NCBI GenBank assembly: GCA_964440735.1
Contig: CAYTTK010000004.1
Span: 1 to 43,603, forward strand
Reading direction: 5' to 3'
From: an uncultured Pirellulales bacterium
GTDB taxonomy: Bacteria > Planctomycetota > Phycisphaerae > Sedimentisphaerales > Anaerobacaceae
DNA: 43,603 nucleotides
This document shows, in pieces, positions 9,599 to 18,339 of the stretch (its first letter is position 1; each line of letters begins with the position of its first letter). The notes beneath the pieces are model-generated. The model was not told where the DNA came from. It worked only from the letters and a program-made list of their open reading frames with translations, and did not search any database. The position numbers and the translations under genes are program-made.

Positions 9599-11560
9599 TT
9601 ATATTATTTCCATCATGGTCAAAATCGTAGATTGAACGGTACTTAAATATTTGGCCATAGCCTGAAACATCTGCTCAAAGATTAACATGTGTGCGGCTTC
9701 GTCGTTTATATTGACGCCGCTTATTTCATTTTGCTGGCTGGTAAGGTTGTGGACTATCGAGTCAATATTGTCCTGTTGGATTTGCTTAATAAAGATCTGT
9801 TGACCGATGTCCGTAACCAGCCGGCGATAAAACTGCCCCGGTGTCATTTCACTCAAACTACTTATGGATTCATCTTTTAGGCCTGCTAATCGCAGGGCAT
9901 TATTGTTGTCCGTCATATCTGCCCCCAAAGAAGTTGCTATGCGACCGGGTTCAGCAGATATATCGGAACAAACTGCCATATCCATAGCGCTACTGCCGGA
10001 GAAAAAGGTATTAATTCCAACCGCGGCAAGCACACCTGTTGTATCACTGTTGGCACAGGCCTTAATTTGAAAACTGTCATCTGCGTTTAAGTGACCAACG
10101 CTTAAAGCTACTTTGATTCCATTGCCTATATCAAGTTTATCACCCGCTGCATAACCGGCACCAACATTCAAATTTGCAACAACTTCATTGATACCATTTC
10201 TTACTTCAAGCTGCAAATTGTTGATGCCCACCATGCCCGAGCCTATCACCGTGAAGGTAAAAGTCTGATTCTCGGTTCCCGTGTAAATGCCTGAAACGGA
10301 TATGCTCGGCGGTGATGGGTCGCTAAAATTACTCATAGTCGGCTCGGGTAGAACACAGGGGAGAAAGTCAAATTCATAATCTGCCTCGGCCTGTATGCGC
10401 AGCCGCGAGTCGGCAACCGACGCTGTTAGACCGGTAATCGCTGAGATATCCGCAGCAATTGTGGTTAAGGAATCTGTTGAAACATCGATGTCAATTTCAC
10501 GACGGGCTATTTGGCCCGTGCTTGTATTAATAACTCTTATAAATATTTTCCCGTCGGTTACAGGCGGGTCGAAATCATCCAAATCTTCGTTTAACATTCG
10601 CCAGCCACTAAGCTGTGTAAATGAGCCCTCGGAACCTACTGCTTGAACGTGATATTGATTTACCTGTTGAATAATTGCGGTTGCTAAACTATCGAGGTCG
10701 TTGTGAATCTCCGCTAAAATGCTGTTCTTCAATGTCAATAAACCCCCAAGCAGGCCACCCTGCACTTCAGCGTCATAATTATGCACCCCGGCAATCGAGA
10801 TGCCCAGCATGCCTTGTTCACTCAAACCCACTTCCAATTCAGATGCGGTGGCACCCACCGCTCCAGGTAATCCAGCTATGCCGACGTCAACCACTCCATA
10901 CTCTCGCTCTTGGGTCTCTACAGCAATTAATTCAGACAGTTTATTTATGAGCTGGTCCCTTTGGTCTCGCAAGTTATTGGCTTCTCCGCCAACTATTTCT
11001 ATCCTTTCTATATTATTGTTAAACTCGGCAATATGATTCAACATTGCATTAATTTGTTCGATTGTGTTTTCAGCTTCTAATCTAACCTGCGTCTCCATGG
11101 TGGCAAGAAATTCACTTAATGTTCTGAATTGATTGGCCATAGTTTCGGAGGTGATTATAACCTGATTTTGCCAGATGGCTTCTGCAGGATGAGCTGAAAG
11201 GTCCTGCAATGCGTTAAAGAATTCATCAATAGCTGCACTCAAACCACTACCAGATGAAAGCTCTCCAAACGCAGTTTCAATTGAGCGTAGTGCGGTGAAC
11301 TCACGTGAGACCTGGCCTAATGACGACTGTTGCCTTAGAATCTCCTTCTCCAGAAGGGAATCAATCATTCTTGTAACGCCGGTAACTTCAACACCCCCTC
11401 CAATCAGAACCGAGCCCTGTTGTGATGAGTATGCCGGACTCATCTCTACCTTCTGACGGTGATAGCCCTCAGTAGCTGCATTAGCTATATTGTTGCCAAT
11501 TATATCAAGCGCTTTCTGAGCAGCATTAAGCCCGCTAAGTCCTATTGAGTAGCTTTCCAT
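9599..11560 (-). CDS. flgK: Flagellar hook-associated protein FlgK (HAP1)
   Basis: 653 aa. N-terminal rod/hook-family motif GLSGLNAAQKALDIIGNNIANAATEGYHRQ and C-terminal FlgK-type helix (INDEAAHMLIFEQMFQAMAKYLSTVQS). RBS AAAGGGA. Confidence 0.9.
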   Translation of the reverse strand: MESYSIGLSGLNAAQKALDIIGNNIANAATEGYHRQKVEMSPAYSSQQGSVLIGGGVEVTGVTRMIDSLLEKEILRQQSSLGQVSREFTALRSIETAFGELSSGSGLSAAIDEFFNALQDLSAHPAEAIWQNQVIITSETMANQFRTLSEFLATMETQVRLEAENTIEQINAMLNHIAEFNNNIERIEIVGGEANNLRDQRDQLINKLSELIAVETQEREYGVVDVGIAGLPGAVGATASELEVGLSEQGMLGISIAGVHNYDAEVQGGLLGGLLTLKNSILAEIHNDLDSLATAIIQQVNQYHVQAVGSEGSFTQLSGWRMLNEDLDDFDPPVTDGKIFIRVINTSTGQIARREIDIDVSTDSLTTIAADISAITGLTASVADSRLRIQAEADYEFDFLPCVLPEPTMSNFSDPSPPSISVSGIYTGTENQTFTFTVIGSGMVGINNLQLEVRNGINEVVANLNVGAGYAAGDKLDIGNGIKVALSVGHLNADDSFQIKACANSDTTGVLAAVGINTFFSGSSAMDMAVCSDISAEPGRIATSLGADMTDNNNALRLAGLKDESISSLSEMTPGQFYRRLVTDIGQQIFIKQIQQDNIDSIVHNLTSQQNEISGVNINDEAAHMLIFEQMFQAMAKYLSTVQSTILTMMEII

Positions 11561-11655
11561 TTTTAATCCCTTTGCTTCGCACCAGCCAAGCTGAGCTGGG
11601 TCTCAACCGCTAAAGCAAACCAACTCGCTCGAGCCTAAGTTCAACTTCTTTGGAA

Positions 11656-12177
11656 TCAAAATCGCAAGTTAACAAACACTGTGTCGGTCTGTCGTTTGGT
11701 CGCACCATTGCTGTTGTATGTAACCGTTCCAGATTTGCCAAGCCCCAAAATACTTTTCAAAAGCAGATTGTTGAATCTGCCACACTCTGATAAAAGCAGG
11801 GCGGTACTTATATGCTCTTTCCTGAGTTCCTTTACCAGTGCTTGTAGCTTTGTCTTCTTAATGGTTACTTGAGCCTTTTTTTCTTCTGGCAGATTAGCTT
11901 CGAGTTTAGATAGTGTCATCTGTTCGGAGTTGCAGTCAAAAATACTCGCCAGCTCTTTTCGTATTGAACGACGTTTTAACTGATGGTCTTGATAACTATT
12001 TGTTTCAGACTGAATGCGTTCAAGCAGTTTGCTTAAAGCAACATCGTCACGTTTAATAACCAAGCTGCGCAGCTCGTTTAAATAAGAGATGCTTTGCTGC
12101 ATATGCTCGATGTCTTTGTCGAGAACCGTCAGCAGCTCATTAACTTTATTTTCTTTATCAACTTCTGCTGTCTTCAT
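11656..12177 (-). CDS. flgN: FlgN-like flagellar export chaperone
   Basis: 173-aa helical protein (LLTVLDKDIEHMQQSISYLNELRSLVIKRDDVALSKLLERIQ...) in the canonical position just upstream of flgK. ATGA overlap with the preceding gene. Confidence 0.6.
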   Translation of the reverse strand: MKTAEVDKENKVNELLTVLDKDIEHMQQSISYLNELRSLVIKRDDVALSKLLERIQSETNSYQDHQLKRRSIRKELASIFDCNSEQMTLSKLEANLPEEKKAQVTIKKTKLQALVKELRKEHISTALLLSECGRFNNLLLKSILGLGKSGTVTYNSNGATKRQTDTVFVNLRF

Positions 12178-12518
12178 ACGTTCTTATCCAGTAACTCCGC
12201 CTTTTGAGTTGCCTGCTCTTTGTTGTTTAAAAATTGGTATATATCCCTCCATAGTCCGAAGCCGCCATTGTTTGCAAGCTCTTGTGCCAGGTAAAAACAG
12301 AAGATTCCTTGAATTTGCGTACAAGGCCCATCTTTGTCAAAGCCCCAGTCCCCGATGGTATTTTTCATCTCGTCCAGCAATTTGTTGATTAAAAGCGATT
12401 CAAAATCTTTAGCTGTTTGTTCTTTTCTCTCTTCTGAGGAGCCGACGATGTTGTTTAACTGCTTTAGCGGCGTTGGCATGACGGTAGGTTCTGTTAATAT
12501 CAATTCCGGACTATCCAT
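12174..12518 (-). CDS. flgJ: Rod-binding protein (FlgJ N-terminal domain only, no muramidase domain)
   Basis: 114 aa. KDFESLLINKLLDEMKNTI...NNGGFGLWRDIYQFL matches the rod-binding domain pattern. Position after flgI. Confidence 0.7.
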   Translation of the reverse strand: MDSPELILTEPTVMPTPLKQLNNIVGSSEERKEQTAKDFESLLINKLLDEMKNTIGDWGFDKDGPCTQIQGIFCFYLAQELANNGGFGLWRDIYQFLNNKEQATQKAELLDKNV

Positions 12519-12566
12519 AAAACACTTTTGTGTCCAATTTTGAGATTTAATTCAAAATAGAGCTCT

Positions 12567-13691
12567 TTACATTATCAACAGCTTTGCTTGAAGAGCACCG
12601 GCCTTTTTCAAGGCATTAAATATCGCTATCATGTCCCTCGGTGTTGCTCCTATTGCATTGAGAGTTTTAGCCAGCTCTGAAACGGTAACTGACCTGGCTA
12701 CGGGAATCAGATATCCTTCTTTTTCCTCGACCCCTATTATCGTCTCCGGGACTTTTTCTGTTGTGCCGGCATCAGAGAAAGGAGCGATTGGCTGGGAAAC
12801 GAGCTCGGTTTCTTTAATCTTCACAACAAGACTACCCTGAGAAATCGCCACTGCTGATATACCGACATTTTCTCCAACCACAATGGTACCGGTGCGCTCG
12901 TTAACAACTACTACCGCAGGGACATCAACCTTGACTTGCTGCTGGGTAATATCATCGATAAATTTAGCTATACCTGCGTGTGTAATTTCCTTGGGGATTT
13001 TGACCCTGACGGTACCGGCGTCAACTACTAAGGCACTGTCTGGATGCAGGTGGTTAATGACCTGGCATATTCGCGTTGCAGTTGAAAAATCGCTATTTCT
13101 AAGATTAAACGTGATAATCCCATCGCCGGAGATATATTCGACAAATGTAGCTGCTTCTTCTTTTTCGACAATAGCGCCATCAGGGATTCGCCCGACTGTC
13201 TGGTGGTTTTTGGTTATCGAGGCCTTGTCGCCTGTAGCAGCCCAGCCCCCAATCGATATTCCGCCCTGGGCTACGGCGTAGACTTGACTATCAAGGCCTT
13301 CTAATGGTGTCGGCAGAAGCATTCCGCCCTGAAGGCTTTTGGTATCTCCTATAGCAGAGACATCAACGTCAATTCGTGAACCCTCATGGTCAAAAGGTCC
13401 CAATTCTGTTGTGACCATAACCACCGCAATATTGCCGCCGGCCAAATCTGCGGGACCGAGAACTATGCCAGAACCTCTAAGTATACTTGTCAGCATCTGC
13501 CGAGACAAAATTGTGGTGTCTCCTGTGCCGGAAAGACCGATTACTAAACCGACACCTCTAATGGGATTGCTGCGAACTCCTTGAATATCAATAATATCCT
13601 TTATTCTCTCACCATGGACAGCATTAACAAGAACTGCAAAGGTTGTAAGGAGACAAATAAAAAGTACTTTTATGCTTTTTTGTGAGTTCAT
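12567..13691 (-). CDS. flgI: Flagellar P-ring protein FlgI
   Basis: 374 aa. Signal peptide followed by ERIKDIIDIQGVRSNPIRGVGLVIGLSGTGD. C-terminus TPRDMIAIFNALKKAGALQAKLLIM. Confidence 0.95.
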   Translation of the reverse strand: MNSQKSIKVLFICLLTTFAVLVNAVHGERIKDIIDIQGVRSNPIRGVGLVIGLSGTGDTTILSRQMLTSILRGSGIVLGPADLAGGNIAVVMVTTELGPFDHEGSRIDVDVSAIGDTKSLQGGMLLPTPLEGLDSQVYAVAQGGISIGGWAATGDKASITKNHQTVGRIPDGAIVEKEEAATFVEYISGDGIITFNLRNSDFSTATRICQVINHLHPDSALVVDAGTVRVKIPKEITHAGIAKFIDDITQQQVKVDVPAVVVVNERTGTIVVGENVGISAVAISQGSLVVKIKETELVSQPIAPFSDAGTTEKVPETIIGVEEKEGYLIPVARSVTVSELAKTLNAIGATPRDMIAIFNALKKAGALQAKLLIM

Positions 13692-13730
13692 AAGCCATTA
13701 CCATCAAAAAACTGTGATTTATTTACTCCA

Positions 13731-14360
13731 CTAAAACGGGCAGAAAAGATCAAATATTCTGCCCAGCCAGCCCGGTTTATTAAATGGCGCGGCAATACCT
13801 GAATTTTTGGTTATGATACGAAAGTCTGCGACCTGTTCGCTCTTGACCGTATTATCGGACGCAATGTCACTTGGCCTGATTACTCCGCTTACCTTGATGG
13901 TTTGGATGTCGCCTGCAATGTTGCGGTTACGCGACCCCATAACAACAAGGTTGCCATTTGGCAAAACATCTACGACGACAACAGTTATTCGGTCAACGAA
14001 ACTGCGTTCGTCTTTAAAATCAGCTTTACTTTTCAACTCATTAGTCGATTCGGCTGTCATAGTAAAACCCGGTATCCGGGGCAGAAGATTATAATTTGGT
14101 GTCACTATCCCAAGTTCGCCATTAAAAGTGGTTGACTTATCGATTTCCTTTTTCAGGTCTCTCTTTGCTTTGTTGTCGACCTTGCTGTCTTCGGAGATTT
14201 TAATAGTCAGAATATCGCCTATCTGGCGAGCTACATCGTCGGCGTATAACTCTTTCATATTTTTGTCCCTTTTGGCCCAGATAGAACCCGCATTCGAGCA
14301 ATTGGTCGAACACAAAATTAAAAGTATTAGGACGAACATTAAAATTACTTTATTATCCAT
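13731..14360 (-). CDS. flgH: Flagellar L-ring lipoprotein FlgH
   Basis: 209 aa. Lipoprotein-like N-terminus (LLILCS), then GSIWA...LYADDVARQIGDILTIKISE...GNLVVMGSRNRNIAGD, typical of FlgH. Confidence 0.9.
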   Translation of the reverse strand: MDNKVILMFVLILLILCSTNCSNAGSIWAKRDKNMKELYADDVARQIGDILTIKISEDSKVDNKAKRDLKKEIDKSTTFNGELGIVTPNYNLLPRIPGFTMTAESTNELKSKADFKDERSFVDRITVVVVDVLPNGNLVVMGSRNRNIAGDIQTIKVSGVIRPSDIASDNTVKSEQVADFRIITKNSGIAAPFNKPGWLGRIFDLFCPF

Positions 14361-14371
14361 CGTTTATCCTT

Positions 14372-15400
14372 TCAGAGCACAGGTTCCACAGTTCCGTCTT
14401 CATCGACTCTGGCCAAAATTATTCGTTTTGAGTCTATGTTTCGCACTTTTATATAGTCACCAGCCCTGCCATCTTGTATTGCTTTTCCGGTTGCCGTCAC
14501 TAAGAGACCGTAACTTTCGATGCGAATCAAAATATTTTGATTTCGCTTAATAATAATTTCAGTTTTGGCTGGAGACACCATATATGGCTGAAGAACGGTA
14601 TTTGCCTTCAGCCGACGTTTGGCGGTGAGGCCATAGGGAAGCATCCACTGGTCAGGTTCCGGGTAATTTGAAACGGTGTTTTCTATTTTAATATTTTCAG
14701 GGCTGATAACCTCACCCGCTGGAATATCAACCAATGTAACCGCTTGGCGACAATTGTATTTTAAGCGAAATGATACTTCACTCACCTCTATTTGCTTGCC
14801 TTCTTGAAGTGTAGCAATCTGAACCTTGGCCAGATTTGCCGAGCAGCCTTTGGCCAAACGTGGGACAAATTTTACATCTTTGTCCGGTTTGGGTATGGTA
14901 AAATCCTTTGGTGTTTGTAGCAGGTCTAATTGGCAGACAGAACCGGCAGGTAGATTCTTTTTTAAAAATTCGCTTGCCAGTTCAATAAATTCGCTGCCTT
15001 TTATAACTTGTTCTTGTCGTTTTATTGTTATTTTTTCTGCGCCACTTAATTTCACTTGCGATGCTGGAATTCCGCTGCAAGTCAACCTGTTTAGAACTAT
15101 AGGCCTGTCAATGATAATTTTTTGGCCCGGCATAGAAATCCGCCCCAAGGCAATTTCGCCTGCCTTAGCTGCAAGAGAACCTTCACCCCGAATTATGCTG
15201 ACTTGGCCTAACTTTATAGTGCTACCTTTGATTGCAACTTCTCTCGGCAAATAAATCTGCAACGCTGAACTTTCCTTTAAGTCAGCATTCTTGGTATTCG
15301 CAAATACTTGGCAGAAAAAAATGCATGTTAAAAGTAAACAAACTAAGAATATCCTTATGCCCTTATATTCTGGAGCTCTTATGCTCTTATTTACGTTCAT
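14372..15400 (-). CDS. flgA: Flagellar P-ring assembly chaperone FlgA (long form)
   Basis: 342 aa with an N-terminal signal/TM. C-terminal FlgA/SAF-type region (VLQPYMVSPAKTEIIIKRNQNILIRIES...GRAGDYIKVRNIDSKRIILARVDEDGTVEP). Lies between flgG and flgH. Confidence 0.8.
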   Translation of the reverse strand: MNVNKSIRAPEYKGIRIFLVCLLLTCIFFCQVFANTKNADLKESSALQIYLPREVAIKGSTIKLGQVSIIRGEGSLAAKAGEIALGRISMPGQKIIIDRPIVLNRLTCSGIPASQVKLSGAEKITIKRQEQVIKGSEFIELASEFLKKNLPAGSVCQLDLLQTPKDFTIPKPDKDVKFVPRLAKGCSANLAKVQIATLQEGKQIEVSEVSFRLKYNCRQAVTLVDIPAGEVISPENIKIENTVSNYPEPDQWMLPYGLTAKRRLKANTVLQPYMVSPAKTEIIIKRNQNILIRIESYGLLVTATGKAIQDGRAGDYIKVRNIDSKRIILARVDEDGTVEPVL

Positions 15401-15409
15401 AACAATTCC

Positions 15410-16195
15410 TTATCTGACAATTTCGTTTGCAGTACGTAACATATCATCACCTGCCTTTATGGCACGTGAGTTTATCTCGTATGCTCGTTGGGCAGTTATA
15501 AGATTGACCAATTCGGTTACCATCTGGACATTGGATTTCTCTAAAAATCCGGATTGAATAGAGCCGAAGGCTTCTTCTCCCGCCGTGCCGGTTATTGGGG
15601 TGCCGCTTGCTATGGTTTCCGCATATAAATTATCTCCTTCATTGGAAAGTCCGGATGGATTTTGAAATCGAGCTAACTGGAGAGTACCTACAACTGACAA
15701 CGTTCCGGCAGAGTCAGTGACGTTAACACCTCCGTCTTTTTCTATACTTACCGAGACCACATCGCTTGGAATAGTTATTGACGGCTCTAAGGTGTAACCG
15801 GTGGAGGTGACTAACTCGCCATTGGCGTTTATCTGCAGCGAGCCGTCACGGGTATAGTTCAAATCACCGTTTGGTAAAGTTACCTGGAAAAAGCCGTCAC
15901 CCATAATAGCCACATCAAGAGGTCGGCTCGTATTCTGAAGCTCACCGGGAGTAAAAACCTTGATTGTGGATGCAGCGCGTACTCCGCTACCTATCTCCAG
16001 ACCACCAGGGCTGTTTATACCCGAGGCAATTTCTGTGCCCGGCTCTTTCATCTTTATATAGAGCAAGTCATTAAAATTAATCTGGCTCCGTTTGAAACCG
16101 GTGGTGTTGATATTGGCGAGGTTGTTGGCAATCGTATCTACCATCATCTGTTGGGCTGTCATGCCCGTAGCGGCAGTGGAAAATGCTCTTAACAT
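15410..16195 (-). CDS. flgG: Flagellar distal rod protein FlgG
   Basis: 261 aa. MLRAFSTAATGMTAQQMMVDTIANNLANINTTGFKR at the N-terminus and LEKSNVQMVTELVNLITAQRAYEINSRAIK at the C-terminus. RBS AAGGAG. Confidence 0.95.
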   Translation of the reverse strand: MLRAFSTAATGMTAQQMMVDTIANNLANINTTGFKRSQINFNDLLYIKMKEPGTEIASGINSPGGLEIGSGVRAASTIKVFTPGELQNTSRPLDVAIMGDGFFQVTLPNGDLNYTRDGSLQINANGELVTSTGYTLEPSITIPSDVVSVSIEKDGGVNVTDSAGTLSVVGTLQLARFQNPSGLSNEGDNLYAETIASGTPITGTAGEEAFGSIQSGFLEKSNVQMVTELVNLITAQRAYEINSRAIKAGDDMLRTANEIVR

Positions 16196-16225
16196 AATAT
16201 TTTTCTCCTTTTATCTTAAAGGTTA

Positions 16226-16960
16226 CTAACCCATAGCCACGTTCATAATACTGCTGGAGGTTTCCTTCTGGGCTTGTATGAACTTCATATTTGCTTCGTA
16301 GAGTCTGGTTACCATTATCATGCCAACCAGCTCATGAATAATCTTAACGTTAGATGCCTCCTGGTAGCCCTGTTTTACAGTAACATTTTCAGATGGAACC
16401 GGTGTTATGTCTTGCTCAGGCATTCGGTAACAATTCAGGCCAGCTGGTATGAGTTTGCTTTCGTCATCTTTGAAATCGACAAGTTTGAACGTTCCTATAA
16501 CTGCGTTGCCGGCGGTGATGTTACCGTTGCTTGAAACATTAAGCTCCGCCATGTCAACATTGCTTGGTATTGTAATTGGACCTGCCTGGCCTGCTACAAT
16601 TCTGCCTTCGGAATCTACTATCTGACCATTTTGGTTTATGTTAAATGCTCCGTTGCGGCTGTATAGCGGTCCCTCGGCTGTCTCTACTACAAAGAAACCT
16701 TTACCATATAGTGCAAAATCAAGCGGTCGGTCTGTCTCGACGATATTGCCCTGGGAAAAATCAAGTGCCGAATTCAATTCGATAGTGCCTGGAGAATATA
16801 ACTGTTGTCCTGCTTTTTGGGCTTCAAGGGCTTTTGAAAATGCATTGCAAATACGCTTATATCCGGTGGTACTTACATTGGCAAGATTGTTCGTAATTAT
16901 GTCAAATTCTTGCATTAACGCATCAACGCTTGAGCTAACTTGTGATATAATGTCTGACAA
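16226..16960 (-). CDS. flgF: Flagellar proximal rod protein FlgF
   Basis: 244 aa. TTG start 8 nt after AAGGAG. Motifs ITNNLANVSTTGYKR and QGYQEASNVKIIHELVGMIMVTRLYEANMKF. Confidence 0.85.
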   Translation of the reverse strand: MSDIISQVSSSVDALMQEFDIITNNLANVSTTGYKRICNAFSKALEAQKAGQQLYSPGTIELNSALDFSQGNIVETDRPLDFALYGKGFFVVETAEGPLYSRNGAFNINQNGQIVDSEGRIVAGQAGPITIPSNVDMAELNVSSNGNITAGNAVIGTFKLVDFKDDESKLIPAGLNCYRMPEQDITPVPSENVTVKQGYQEASNVKIIHELVGMIMVTRLYEANMKFIQAQKETSSSIMNVAMG

Positions 16961-16970
16961 TTTGGACTCC

Positions 16971-18287
16971 TTAAACTGCAGCTGTTTCTAAAGTATCTTC
17001 TTTTTTGCCCTGCCTGTCACCGGCGGGTAGTGGCATTTTTTGAGCCGAGCCCCCAGCTTTCAAAGAGGCTGTATTGGTAGCACGTATCAGCTCATTGACA
17101 TCTGAGTCACTCAATCCGGTTAATTCAACTGCTATTGAAAAACCATTTTCTGTAGGTTTAACGTGCCTGATTTCGCCGATATCTTCTACTATTTTTAACT
17201 TTGTTTTATTTGAGGTTTGGTGAGGCGGTGTTACATCCTGCTGAATTTGCTCATCTAATCTAAAGGCCACCAGCACTCTGTCACCTGCCTTGACTTCCAT
17301 CGGTATATCCATACGTAAACCGGGGCCAGCCAGCTCGGTAACAACCACAGGCACAAGATCCAACAGCCCCCAATGGCCCTGAGAGACTTCATCTAAAATT
17401 TGTTTTGAAGAGGAATTATCTTTAATGTCATCATTTTCTATAACAATTTCTTTTGAAAATGGAAAAGTGGCAATAAAGGCCTGTATATTTACGGGAACTC
17501 GTAAAAAACGCCGACGATTAATGAATCGAACGTCATTGTTGTGGTTTAAAACCAGAACATCACCTTCGCAACTGACTGCGGTAGTGTCGAACTCCCAAAC
17601 CGAAGCTCCAAAATAATAACGTGCACGCCAGGATTCACCGGGAGAGATTTCCAAAGCTTTTTCTAATTTGACAGTAAGCTCAAAATCGTCGTTTTTTATG
17701 ACGGTTGATTCAATTGTGGAGAGACTGCGGGTCTTACGGCGGGTAACATGCAGTTTTTTGCCTACCGGGATCTGTCTGCTACTCAATTTTCTTGCCTTGG
17801 TTGCGACACCTATTGAGGTGGGAGTTTGCCTCTTAAGGCCGAGCTTTTCTCGCAAGAGTGATAATTCGGTTTTTAACATCTCGCTTTTTTCGGTTTCTTG
17901 TTGCTGGACAAGACTTTCTTCCACCATTATACCGGCGCCGTTGTCAAAGGCGCCACCCATCGTAAAGATTGCTTCGCTTTGTTTCAATCCTGCTTTACTC
18001 GCAATATTCATTAGAATCTGAGACTCACGTCTGCTCAAGCCACTTTTTTTGGAACACTCATCGAACAAAATGTTGCTGTTGATTTGCTTCTGTCTTCTTT
18101 GACGTAAACTAACTATTGTCAGCAGCACGGTTAATGTGACTAAAATGACCACTGCGGCGATGATAAACCAGTGTCCAGACATAAAGTTCCCGTGGAACCG
18201 ACCACCTGCAGCTCTCCACTTCTCTACTGGCGTAAGAGCTGGAATACAAATATTCAGCATTGTTGCGATGAAGGGAACTGTTGTCAT
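16971..18287 (-). CDS. Membrane-anchored YcgR-like PilZ-domain protein
   Basis: 438 aa. TM helix (WFIIAAVVILVTLTVLLTIV). Beta-rich YcgR-N-like segment ending in INRRRFLRVPV (RxxxR c-di-GMP motif). The second motif is degenerate (ELAGPG instead of D/NxSxxG). Start uncertain: weak RBS and internal Met codons. Confidence 0.6.
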   Translation of the reverse strand: MTTVPFIATMLNICIPALTPVEKWRAAGGRFHGNFMSGHWFIIAAVVILVTLTVLLTIVSLRQRRQKQINSNILFDECSKKSGLSRRESQILMNIASKAGLKQSEAIFTMGGAFDNGAGIMVEESLVQQQETEKSEMLKTELSLLREKLGLKRQTPTSIGVATKARKLSSRQIPVGKKLHVTRRKTRSLSTIESTVIKNDDFELTVKLEKALEISPGESWRARYYFGASVWEFDTTAVSCEGDVLVLNHNNDVRFINRRRFLRVPVNIQAFIATFPFSKEIVIENDDIKDNSSSKQILDEVSQGHWGLLDLVPVVVTELAGPGLRMDIPMEVKAGDRVLVAFRLDEQIQQDVTPPHQTSNKTKLKIVEDIGEIRHVKPTENGFSIAVELTGLSDSDVNELIRATNTASLKAGGSAQKMPLPAGDRQGKKEDTLETAAV

Positions 18288-18339
18288 TTTGGTTTTCTAA
18301 AGTAGTTTACCTTTGAAATTGAGACTCTCGAATCAGTTT

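Noticed and set aside
11573-11588. TGGCTG-GTGCG-AAGCA on the minus strand just upstream of flgK (correct GG/GC spacing)
   Set aside because: The -12 region is poor (AAGC). The predicted start site would fall at or after the flgK RBS, leaving no usable leader.
12274-12289. Sigma54-like TGGCAC-AAGAG-CTTGC on the minus strand, about 100 nt upstream of flgN
   Set aside because: The GG-to-GC spacing is 11 nt instead of the required 10, and it lies inside the rod-binding protein CDS. Probably chance.
12174-12518. FlgJ lacking a muramidase domain as a possible novelty
   Set aside because: Single-domain rod-binding FlgJ proteins, with the peptidoglycan hydrolase encoded separately, are common outside the enterics. 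This is not unusual.
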